Part shown: piece by piece, positions 38,001 through 49,561 of the stretch
Numbering within the stretch: position 1 is the first letter of the stretch
Layout: each line of letters opens with the position of its first letter
NCBI GenBank assembly: GCA_047495785.1
Contig: JBLDXI010000028.1
Span: 930,001 to 994,000, forward strand
DNA length: 64,000 nucleotides
DNA from: Lepidodermella squamata
Lineage: Eukaryota > Animalia > Gastrotricha
Reading direction: 5' to 3'
Made by a program: the position numbers and the translations under genes
The notes under the pieces: model-generated
What the model was told of the DNA's origin: nothing
Databases searched by the model: none
Seen by the model: only the letters and a program-made list of their open reading frames with translations

Positions 38001-39579
38001 TGTCTATCGTTAGTTTTCATATTGATCAATTTCTTGACCGAGTTTTCATTCCATTTTTAGCCATGGTATATTTTGCCTTCCATTCGTCTTTTATATCACA
38101 TTCTTATGTTTATGTTTTCTTTCATGTCAACTTACTGTTGCGACTCAGGTCGAGTTCATTGAGATTTTCGAGTTGGCCTATGTCCGGACTAAGACTGGTC
38201 AATTCGTTGTCACCGAGGCCGAGTTTCCGCAGCGACGTCAGCTTGAAGAAGCCCTGTTAAGTGGTAATGGAAGCACAAGAGAATGCACCGATTAGTAGTC
38301 AATAATACGGAGCAAACAACAGGTGCTCGAGGCGCACTTGGCCTTCAAGGCCACCACTAGGCAGTATAAAAATATAGCCTCTAGCCACAAACGGTCTCGC
38401 TCTCACGTGCGGCGCGCGGCTGATAATAATAATCTTTTGACAACGCCACGCAACACAAGTGTGCCGGTCGTAAAAAAAAGAAAAGCGCGCCTCGTTACAA
38501 ATATACAAAAATGTATCAGCACCGGCTTTTACTACATTAGACACGCCCGAGTACTTTAAGAACGAGCGCGCGCAAAAATCAAGTCTCAACACTCGGAAAA
38601 TTGGTTTATCGTCGCTAAAATTTAAGCGTCGCATTTAACGCACTTGCGGTAATCAAAGAATAAATATTGATCGATTTCATCATCATCATCATCATCATCA
38701 TCCCGTCTGTGGTCTTGAACAAACACAAACGTGAATAATGATACACGCATTCCGTGGGTTTTGCATAGCTAAGTAATGTATGCGTCTTGAGTGGTACGAT
38801 AAACAACGATAACAAAGATTCCGCCAACTATTGTTGCTCAGCCTTTTGTACGTGTTTACCTGTGACACTCTCGACGCGGTTGTAAAATTTACCGGACGAG
38901 GTCATCAGACGGGTACTTAATTACACGTTGGGTCAAATTTTTTGTATCGATTAATTGAGCGAGCGAGCGTGCCGTAATAAAATAATAAAATCAACAAATA
39001 AAAGCAGTATGACATTATTATTGCAATTTTCACATTCTGAGTTGCGTATTTACAGTGGGCCATAAACAAACGCGCATTATTGTTGTACTGCTGCTGCGCC
39101 CACACTGCCACAAGTGGCCTTTGTTGCTTTTAGAATTAACGAGCGGCGTCGACGACGAGAAAACACGCAGCATGGGAATCTCATGATTTCGCCTATCAAT
39201 TTGTCACGACGGAAAATTGCGTCTATTATTCCAGTGGGACTACAGGCGCGGCTTGCCCCAGCGATGTAAAGTATTTACACTACCATCTAGAATCATGCGC
39301 TTATGCACACATACGTACACCTGGCAGCAATGTCCGATCAATAGAAGACTTCAATTGGTGTTAACAATTTACGGCGCACTGCTTGAATTGCAAAGAAAAC
39401 AATAAAGTTATTACCTTCGGCAGCTCTGACAGCTGGTTCGCATCTAGATAGAGCTCTTGCAGCGTTTTACCACAAGCAATCACTTGATCCGGAACGTACA
39501 CCAATGAGCAGTGTTGTAAATCGACTACTTCCGCAGTTCTGCGTTGCCAGAAGTTCGGGATGCATTTTACAACGCTCAT
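23053..39579 (-). CDS. scrib: Scribble (LAP4: LRRs + LAPSD + 4 PDZ); exons 39579-39415, 38253-38136, 37426-35880, 34998-34894, 34783-34142, 33277-33167, 32172-32050, 31535-31101, 29243-28028, 27220-26202, 25734-23950, 23550-23053
   Basis: N-terminus [32 protein letters not shown]|GFFKL..LRKLGL.DNE; [25 protein letters not shown]; PDZ1 [25 protein letters not shown]; PDZ3 [19 protein letters not shown]; PDZ4 [28 protein letters not shown]. All junctions are frame-consistent, giving ~2590 aa if every exon is used. Confidence 0.93.
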
Positions 39580-41419
39580 TTCAGCAGTTTACAGTAGATA
39601 ATTAAATAAAAACCATGATAAAACTAATCAAATTCATCTAAAACAAAACAAATGCGATATTAACAATTCACTCGGATCGTTTTAAATACTTTCATCTATA
39701 ACATGGAAATGAACACGGAACCGATTGAGGCACAAAAAATATAACAGTTTTCTAAAATAGCGGCCCTGAGCCAAATGTGATCACATTGTTATTGAAGCCG
39801 CGCCTGCAATAATAAGTAGAATATAACGTTCCGGCGATCGATGTGGTAAATACCTATGGGTGGAGAATTCATTTTTTTGACGGATCGTCGGGCTTCGGGG
39901 TTTTCTCATGTTGGGACATGAAATCTTGGATTTTCTGCCAAATAGATTGCGGATCGTCCAGCCTCGGCAAGGTGTAACGCTGATCTAAAAACGCTCCGGC
40001 GTAGACGCCGATAAGAAAAAATCCGACTTTGCCCAGTACCATTGTCACTTAAGAGTATTGCACGGTTAAATATGCAACAAAATAAAATGACTATGCTCAA
40101 CGATGAGAGACAAATAAATTTGCAATAATAAAAAAGAAAATTGCCACCAGCTATTATAAATTTCACTTTCATTCGTGTCTCATTGAAAGCGCTTTAGAAA
40201 TCATCCACACTCGTATCATGACTCGACTTAGCGGAATTATATAATACACACCTGGAATAATTTGGAGATTGCTGATAGACGATTGCTGAAAAAGAAAGGA
40301 GCAAGTTCCGCACCTATTTACCATTTCCCTAGTTCGGTTCGGATTTAAAAATCAAAGTTAGGCATGTTCTGTCCATAACAGTCCCTGAATGGAAATAATC
40401 CTCTCCTTGCAGTTGAAATGGTTTGCGAAAAAATAAAATCTAGATAGGTTATTCCGCCTGGTAAAAATATTTTCATAAAAAAGCCATTTTACGGTTTGGG
40501 TTTCTAGTAACTCTTTGGTGCACTGCTCATGTTCTAAATTTAAAGAATTTCTACGCAATTAATACAATAGAGGTAGGCCAATGGGTAGATACGTCACCGG
40601 AAGGAATAATTTATCATTAAAAGGTGGCGTGAAAACAGATTCAGTCATTCAGAAGCTTCACGCGTAAAACAGCTTATAAGCATTCCAGGTTTCAACATAG
40701 TGCGAAGATGGTTGATTGCAATGAAATTTAGCTCCGACAAAAACGGCAACATACATTTTACCAGATCAAGATGCTGCAAGCGATTAGAAATCATGAATCA
40801 ACCTGACAAAAATGGTGTGTGAAAGAAGCCACATTAGCCACATATGGATGGCTATTTGAAGCAGGAAGCACTCGAATGATTTTAATATTGAATCTTAAAA
40901 GATAGGATTATCCCGGTAAATTATTGAAGGTCGAAGCGTTAAGGGCCAACTCTCGAAAAAACCTTTCACTAATGTGTGGTATAAATGCGAAACCACAGCA
41001 TAGGGACTAAAACTGCATACTAGTGGTACCAATAACAAAGCATACTTAACCTGTTAGTCATCGCTTTTCCTCGGTTTCGAGTTGCTGTTCTCGGTATTTG
41101 CTGAGGACTTTCGCTCGCTCTAAAAAATTTAAATTATCGCCAGAAAATTGTTTCTCATTTGAAATATTATTTAATTTTGAAAAATAGTAATCATTAGTTT
41201 TCAAACAATAAAATATGAATTTTCATTTTTTAGTTTGAATTTGGCGGGCTTCGACTTCAACATTTTTCCAGAACGTGGAGTGATGCTGTCCTGCCAAGAA
41301 CTGCTTTGCACCGGTACCGACGGCCGCTCGGTATCGGTAGATGTGTACTGTCTGCGGTATGATGTATAACGGTAAGAAATTGGACACCATAAATGCATTC
41401 TATCTGATAAAAACAGCTG

Positions 41420-41429
41420 GTCACGTGAC
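41420..41429. promoter_or_regulatory. Palindromic extended E-box GTCACGTGAC (USF/MiT-TFE type) between the divergent scrib and TENT-A genes
   Basis: Perfect 10-bp palindrome about 440 bp upstream of the TENT-A ATG; motif match only. Confidence 0.3.
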
Positions 41430-41864
41430 GTTTTCCATGTATCATGTATCATCGAATCATCATACTATCATCCAATCGTCTCAGAGTTATTACGAACGGA
41501 TCTGCAAGGTGCAAGGTTGTCGCAATATACAAAGCTAATATTCGTAAACGTGTATTAATGAAATTTTCAAGATCAATTTCATACTTCAGGAAAAAATCCG
41601 ATGACATGTTTTCATCTCTTTGACGTTCTATAAATTCCAATTTTGAATCCTGAATCTCTTCTACACATCTACTTACTTGAAACTTACATACTTACTTATT
41701 TGCTAGTTCAACGTCAACCGTATCCATTTTTTCACCCTAGATTCAATCCCGGATCTCTTTGTTATATGGAATATTCTCATTACTGTTGTTAAGGTGAAAA
41801 CTGCGCTACCTCTTGTTTCCTTTCTCCGGAGCTGATTGGTCTGCTCGGCTTGTTGAAGTTTGCC

Positions 41865-43178
41865 ATGGACGATTATATTAAATCGTATTATCAAGACGCA
41901 AAGCCGACAGAGGCTGATTTGGATAAGAAGAAAAAGGTCCTCACGGTACTGAATGGTATGCACATTATTAATTCAAGCCAAGGTAATCATTGAAATTGCA
42001 TCAGATTTCATCATTCGGCAGTTTGCCGGTGATCAAAGAGGAGTTAGCCTCCGCGTGATTGGATCGTCAGAAACAGGATTGGGAACATGCAACTCCGACT
42101 TGGATCTCGTTCTACGATTGCCTTTCGAGGTGCTTTGAGTTTTTAATTGCCGAATGTATCTTACGTTGATTTTGCATCGCAGCCCCCTAGAAAAGATGTA
42201 TTCGTTATTCTGGCGACGATTGAGTCATTATTAAGAAGATCAAGTAATAGACCTTTGAAATTACGATATCTGCAATTTTATATCTGGACAACTTTCAGGA
42301 CTATTTGTCGACATCGCCCTTATTACGACTGCTCGACACCCGATTGTCAAATTTCGTCACATTGAGACGAAAGTAAATTGTGATCTTGGAATACACAGCG
42401 GCTACTACGGTAAAGTAGGCCTGCTCAACACTGCCCTGGTGAAATGCTATTGCCGTTCTGATTCTCGCGTCATTCCACTAATCATGTTCGTGAAGGAATG
42501 GGCTCGCCGGAAAGGCATTTTGGAGTCTCGATTCGCTCTAGGCAGCTACGCAGTTGAGTTGATGGTCCTCAATTATCTGCAATGTAACGCTTTATAAACA
42601 TTACTGGAATCTCGTTTAGTAAAACCATGTTTCAGGCTGTAATCCTCCAGTTCTGCCAAGTTTACAACAAGTTCAACCTGAAATATTCTCAGACATCGTT
42701 GGGCTAGGCTCAGGTGTGCACGACGATGAAGTGAAGGATTGGCAGTTACCTCATCGATTTGCCTCGTCAAACAAATCTACAATTGGCCAGCTTTTTGTCG
42801 GCTTTATTCATCATTACGCTAACTTCGAGTTCGATCTTTCAACCTGAGAATAATGATTGATTTTTTCGGTGAAAAGTTTTCAGAATCATCTAATATCAGT
42901 ACGAGCTGGCAAATATTTTCGACGAGGCAGCTCTGAATGGATGTACAACGATTTCCGTTTTGATCACTCTTTCATTAACATTGAAGGTATGCAATTTATA
43001 AATCTGAAAAATTGCTGAGGAAACGTTTAATTTAGAGCCCTACAACCGAACTAATGTCGGGCACACGGTGAGCCGCATGGAAAATTTTATGTTTGTTGTT
43101 CAAGCGTTTCGTAACACTGCTTCGCTGCTCTTGAACGGACAATTTGCACTGGCGCCTTCGTCTACGACAAAAGTTTGA
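41865..43178 (+). CDS. Minimal non-canonical poly(A)/terminal nucleotidyltransferase (GLD-2/Cid1/TENT family), paralog A; about 7 exons
   Basis: VIGSSETGLGTCNSDLDLVL (GS + DxD); TARHPIVKF; third Asp in NCDL; LLNTALVKCY..DSRVIPLIMFVKEWAR; LGSYAVELMVLNYLQ; PVLPSLQ; IGQLFVGFIHHYA; ISVRAG; nucleotide-recognition motif IEEPYNRTNVGHTV. Confidence 0.88.
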
Positions 43179-43767
43179 TATGAATATAAAAAATTACTAA
43201 AAGAACTGAAAAAGCTCAAAAAACTTTGGCGATTGTTTTTCATCATGTTATATTCAAATATACACATAAAAATCATTTGTGGCCTGCTCAAATGTTGCGA
43301 AGTCTATATTTCTGATAAATATGAATGAAACGATGTTGACGCATCTCTCTATATATGTATGTAACCGGTCGGTGCTGAAGATGAAATACACCTATCTAAA
43401 ATGATTAATTATGACTTATAAATAGCCAACTTTGGGTCACGATGCATTAGCGGAATAGCAGCATTTTTCTCCCGGCGATCTATGGTAAAATGATGTACAT
43501 TCGCCGCCTATGCCGCTAATCCTGACCTACCGACCGCGTGTATGAATGAGCGAAATATGAATCTTGGTGTTTACTGTGCTACCTTATTATTGATGGCTAC
43601 CGTTCGTTTTTTGTGATTACGATACAGCTACTTCTTGGCGGTATTTTTTCCTCAGCAGCGGCGCGTTTTCTTTCTTCGATAACTGTTTCCTGTTGATATT
43701 ATTCAAAAACACAATAATACTAATAAAAGTTCATACTTTTTGAAAATTTGTGTGTAGATTTTTACGA

Positions 43768-46659
43768 ATGGACGAGTACATATTGAGCGTGTATAATGAA
43801 CACAAACAAACGCCTGCAGATCATGATCGCAAAGAAAGAACGATTCGGTCGTTGAATGAAATTATTGGAAGGCATATACAGGGTATGAAGAAAATGTCGA
43901 AATGATTGGAAAAAATTGAAAAAAACAATTTTCAGGCTCGCTGCATGTGATTGGTTCTTCAGCCACTGGCCTGGCGGATGCTGACTCAGATTTGGACATC
44001 ATGTTCCGGCTTAAAGATCGGCCTTTCAACTTATCGAAACAGCAAATAGTTCAAATTTTAACGAATATTAAAACGTTGCTGAGAGCTTCCGGTCAATGTT
44101 CGCATGTTCTACTCTTCCACCGAGCTCGGTGTCCAATTATTCGATTTCAGCATTCGAAATCGTGAGGAAAAAAAAATGAAATTTCAAAATTTTAATTGAG
44201 TTTGTCAATTTCTCAGGAGAATTCGTTGCGATTTGAGTCTCCACAGCCCTGTTTCAATATTTAACACATGTTTAATGACAGCTTACTGCCAACGTAATTA
44301 ACTGAATTTCCGAGTATGACATTTTTGGAAAAATCAGTTATTTTTAGTAGACCCTCGAGTTCCGCCCCTGGTAATGTTTGCAAAGCATTGGGCGAAGAAA
44401 AATGATATCGTTGACCCGACAAAATCTTTTCTGAGCAGCTATGCCTTGGAATTGATGGCCATAAATTATCTTCAATGTGTAGCAGATCCTCGAATTTTAC
44501 CAAGTCTACAAGAAGAACTGCCGGTAAGTTGACTCTTCAATTTTCCGAACTCGAACATTTTATCATCAACATATTTATTTACGCTGAGCCGTGGCTAACA
44601 ATATTCTCAGGAAGAAGCAGTAGTGCTAGGTTTCTCGAGCTATACGGCTGTAACACAGGGGCCGAATTTCGTAATTGTGAATCTCAGCGACACCAAATCT
44701 TTCATCACTTCACTATTCTTCTTTCTGCTATAAAATCAATCCAGTCCATACCTCCCGTCCCACGCGGTTTCCGCACATGTTTCAGCGACTTTGAGATCTT
44801 CAATTTTGAGATGAAACCCGTGCCAACTATCACTGCAAATAATCAGGTTAAGACGATTGGACGAGGCAGTTCCGTTTCCTTGGGTGTCGGGATCGGTAGA
44901 GGTTCATGAGTGGGTAAATCATCGAGGAAAGTAGTTTTCCCGTTCAGCTGGATATTTTAGGTTGAAAATTATTATTTTCTGAAGTCTCGAGATCTCAGAG
45001 TAAAAGCGATCACAGCCGGAAGATGAATAAAAGGCTCCAAGAATCATGGTTTTGAGAAGGCCACGTTTGTATGGCCTTGACAATGCGACAGTAGGCCCGT
45101 GTCGGTGGGTTTTACGTAAACTGCTCAAACAACATTGACTGAGATGCTAAAAACGACTGAGATGAATATAAAGAAGTTTTCGGAATCAACAACTTTGACG
45201 CGGGACGTTGACGAACTTGACCAATATGTTAAAATATTGAGTGGCAGGTGTAAATTTTTTAGGAGACATAGTTTTGAAAATTCTAAGAATCGAATCCAAA
45301 ATCTATCAGTTGTGCTGTGAAGAAGAGTCTAAGGCAGCGAAGAAAGAGTTTTATTACCCCCATTAGAGTGTGAAATTTAGGTTAAGAAAAGGTCATGGCG
45401 GCAAAGAATCAATGGTTAAAGTATTGCTAGTAGGTATTGTTAATTATGACTGTTACGCGTGACCTCGGCTACTGGTCATCCACACTGTTTTAACCTGGAC
45501 TGTTGGCGTTTGCAAAATCAGAAAAGGTAGGTTTTCGACCACAGGCCAAGTGGCATTCGCGACTTCTTTGAAGGATGCGATATGCATTACGTTGCCGGAC
45601 TCATCTATGATTTCGCCATTCCAATAACGAATTGTGCCGTAATCTTGCAATCTATAAAGAATTTTAGCTGACTATTGGCTAAATATTCGGAGCAACGAAG
45701 ATTTACCCTCGCTGGACTTTCAGCGCAAAGTTAAAAAAACATTTGCGAGCATTTCTCATATGAGAATACCTACAATCAGTTCTGATAGTCTCGTTATTTA
45801 TGAGGCCAAGTGTTGCAGCAGATAGGATCGGGAGGCTCGTGTTTGTTATTCCACGACCTCTACTTCGAGGGTTCGGACGCGTGATGCCACAAATGGGCAC
45901 AATGGCAAGGCCCATCGGACAGAGTCGTCAATGCCTTCAGATCAATAGCTTTAACCGTAATGTTCCCGAACAACCGCCTAGCCGCAGGTGTAGGCTATGG
46001 GATGATCGATCTAGGAGTAGATGGTCCTGGCAGTGAACTACAACGACGGCTATATCAATTGCCATATGAGATATAGAATCTTGTTGTTGATGACTTCTAC
46101 TGATTTAATTAATTTGCTAAAATGATTCAAAAAATTGCAGAAAGTTTTCAACGCGGAAAATTTGTTGAAAAATCACCATCGAATCGCCATAAAGCAGTAC
46201 GCGCCAATGTTCGCGAACCACGCAAATAAAGAGCCCGTCGGCGAGTTGTTCGGCGGCTTCGTTCGACACTATGCAGAACTCGAGTGAGCCTATTCCATTA
46301 CAGCTGAATTTAGCCATTTTAATTATTGTCATTTTCTCAAGTTTTCAATACAGCATAATCTCAGTTCGAATGGGTAAATTGCTCAAATTAGCGCCTAATG
46401 AAGGCAATCCTGTGAAAACGGCGACAAATGCCGATTTCGGGCATCGAGTGACATTTCCTGAAACTGGACTTGTCAATGTTGAAGGTTTGATTTTCATTTT
46501 TCCCCCGGTTTTTCTTTATTTTTATCGAATTTTTCAGAGCCGTATAGCCGTCAAAATGTCGCGAGAACAGTGACGCGGCCTGATGCCATGCTGAAAATAT
46601 CCGAAGCATTCCGGAATGCTGCAGCTTTGTTCATGAAATCGAGAATGGTGCTCATCTGA
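43768..46659 (+). CDS. Minimal GLD-2/Cid1/TENT-family nucleotidyltransferase, paralog B; about 7 exons with an enlarged intron 44524-46140
   Basis: VIGSSATGLADADSDLDIMF; RARCPIIRF; RCDLS; DPRVPPLVMFAKHWAK; LSSYALELMAINYLQ; ILPSLQ. The frame resumes at 46141 with VGELFGGFVRHYA, ISVRMG and VEEPYSRQNVARTV..AFRNAA; stop TGA 46657-59. Confidence 0.85.
44560..46080 (-). mobile_element. Degenerate Penelope-like retroelement (RT fragment), antisense within the TENT-B intron; boundaries approximate
   Basis: Minus strand 45125-44945 reads AVYVKPTDTGLL, then after a frameshift YKRGLLKTMILGAFYSSS..F..EISRL..NLKYP, matching the PLE RT thumb (VYRKPTxTG..YKxxLLKTM..RA..SS..E..RL...N.YP). A CPMG remnant lies near 45915. 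Many stops and frameshifts. Confidence 0.7.
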
Positions 46660-47175
46660 ATGTGTCGATAAAGCGTATTTACCTCGCCTCAATTAAACAA
46701 AGAAATCAGAGCGATTAATTTTTGTTCTTCGACTTCTTCCTCGTTGTTGTGTTTATTTGACCTGTACGGGGTCGATATGATAATAATGTGTTGTTGTATT
46801 AAATAATAAAGAGGAAATTCTGGTATTGTTCTGTGTTATGGCACCTGATACCTGCTAAGCCTGTAGACGTTAGTTAGGTTTTTTGCATTTATGGATAAGG
46901 GATCAAACAAATGGCCGAAGTTATTGCGGTATGGTAAAATCTATGAGGCACGATGCAATGGTGAATTTTCCAGTTATATTTACCTAGTCGCAAAATAAAT
47001 GATACCTTCACCATTCACTTTGTTTATATCAATAAATCATAAAAACAATGTTGCCACTAAGCAATGAAATGGTCGACCATTCATTGTAATGATTCAGTAT
47101 AATCAATGGGCACACTGCTTGAATAAAGCAGACATGATCATAGACATAATAAAGTGATAACATGTAACAGGGGAT

Positions 47176-47639
47176 TCACATATGTAACATCTCGTGGGAA
47201 TTGGAATCTTTCTGGGCCCAACCTCCAGAGATGGGGACATTTACTCTCCAAACGATTTGATTCCAATTACCTTCCTTAGGAAGTCAGCTTCCTGAGGCAT
47301 GCCCATGACTTTTTCAAGTATGCCAATCATGCCAAAACAGACGGTCAGTAACATAACGAATGCAAATATACTTTCCGCCGCGATTAATAAGGCGTAGCTG
47401 GTGCAAAGTTGGATGACAATGTTGAGCATACGCATCCTTAGATCCGTCGGCGAAAACAACGCTAAAAGCAAGAAGACCACCGCCATTGCGAACCAAGGCT
47501 CTACGTGCAAGTAACCTGCACCCTGAAAGGGAGAACCGCACAAGTTTAAATTTCTCATTGAGTTTCAATTTCTTCGCAAACTAACAAACGAAATGACTTT
47601 CGTACCCAGTCCAAGAGTTTTCATTTTAAGGTCCGCCAT
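47176..47639 (-). CDS. Small (~110 aa) multi-TM orphan protein; putative exons 47639-47586, 47522-47271, 47211-47176
   Basis: MADLKMKTLGLGTKVISF|GAGYLHVEPWFAMAVVFLLLALFSPTDLRMRMLNIVIQLCTSYALLIAAESIFAFVMLLTVCFGMIG..RK|. Two ~60-nt phase-0 introns; the last acceptor is weak. Confidence 0.45.
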
Positions 47640-49561
47640 ATCCTCAGTCAGTTGACAGCGAGTAGCGACAGAAAAACACAGATGAAAACTTAATTGAGAA
47701 TATTATTAATGGCGATGGCAATATAATATTGTTGCCGACTATCACTTTTAGGTCCATTATCTCGCCGTTATTTTGCAGTTCCCAAGAAAAATTTGGTATC
47801 TTCATAGACATAATCTTGCGGGGCCACGCGGGGTGGGCGACAAAACGACCTGCCCAAAATAGAAACATAAAATAACTGGCGCTCAGTTTTTCCGGCACGC
47901 GACTGACTTGGCGCCAGCTGATTATTTTGGTTGTTCAAACAACTACCAAAATGAAAACTGAAAAACCCTCTTCAGCGTTTTATTTCTAGAAAATGGCAAA
48001 AATTGCTTATAGCGTGGAGGAAAACTTTGCAAAATGGTCAAAGCAAAGTTTTCTCGCTTCCCTCAAAAACTCGATATTTTCGATAGAAAATCGGATTGGC
48101 TTGGCGCAGATGCAAAAAAGTTGTATGCCATTTGTTTCTATTTTAGCACTGCAACACACTGCAACAGATAGGAAGAACAAATAGAATCTTTCCTTAGTGA
48201 ATTTATGTGGATTTCGGTAATGAGTCGGATTGGTCTAAATTGTACACATCTAGGCCTGCCTTTCATTGGGCTATGCAGCGGTATCCCACTCGTGGCGTCT
48301 TTACCTTGCCGGCTTCGATATTCGAGTGGCCAAGTCACTCCATTTAACGGTACGCGTTTTTGACTATTCCCATTTGGAGGAATAGTCTTGTTCCAGATCG
48401 GAGATCACAGCCCGAAAACAACAGCATTTGTCAAAACCTGATATTTTATTAGTATTTCCCTTGAATGGTTGACAATACAGACATAAATATGATCTCTATA
48501 TAATCAGATTTAATATAACAGAAAGCGAACTTGCCAACCGAATTCACGAGCGACAAGAGAAGAGCGAAGGAAAAAATAGCCGGAAAAAAAATGAAGAAAA
48601 AGAAGCAATCTGCAATAATATTCTCTCAAAAGGGCACGAATAATATAAGATAAATAATTTATAATAAATAATAAGCGGAACATGCAAGGAAAAAATTCTG
48701 ATTGAATAACGGGAGGGAAATTTGATATCGATTTCATCTCAGTAAATATGGGAACATTTTCCGAATTCATTTATCACTAATTTTGCATAAATATTCAACT
48801 CATTCATTTCAATGCTTCTACCAAACCAGCCAACTTTCCATAATTCCAACTTGTCCAACAATTTCCCTTGATTATTATTTACGTTCAATGTCAATCACAC
48901 AACCACAAGGTTTTCACAAGACGTAGATGATGGCAAAATACTAGAGACAGAAAATTGTTGCTCGTTCGCAAATAATAGTAAAAAAAACGAGAAAGAAATT
49001 AGTCAGGACTAGAGACATTATTTGTAATAAGACCACCATTTTTTCGAGAATTTCATGTGCAACAGGCAAAAGGCTATAGCTGTCAAGGTGAGATTTCGGC
49101 GATTTGTTCGCATACAAAATACGACGTGACTTGAAAGCCGTTTATCACCCGAAAACACAAGGGGCGGCGAGCAGGACGAGACTAGATCCACAAGATACGC
49201 CATGGTCAGCAATTTTTACATAGTAATAAGATCTCACTAGCCTTTTTCAGATTATTATTCCTGAGCCGAAAAAACATGGTTCGAGAATTTTTGTTTATGC
49301 GAGATAAAAACTAGTCCGCGTCGTATAACAACCGTGCGAACTTTGATGAACAGCGTCGTTAGTTAATGATTAATAATTATTTTTTTTAAATATTTTTTTT
49401 CCAAGGTCGTGCAAGTGATAAAAGACGCGAAGAGGTAGCGCGGAATAAATATAACTCAACTGACACAGATAAAAGAAAAAATGCATCGATAGAATATTAT
49501 AATTTAAATTATAGTGCGTTTCGTAAAATTTCACGAACGATGAGTTGTTGCTTAGCAAGGT

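Noticed and set aside
43768-44523. TENT-B as a truncated pseudogene
   Set aside because: The missing C-terminal exons are present and in frame at 46141-46659.
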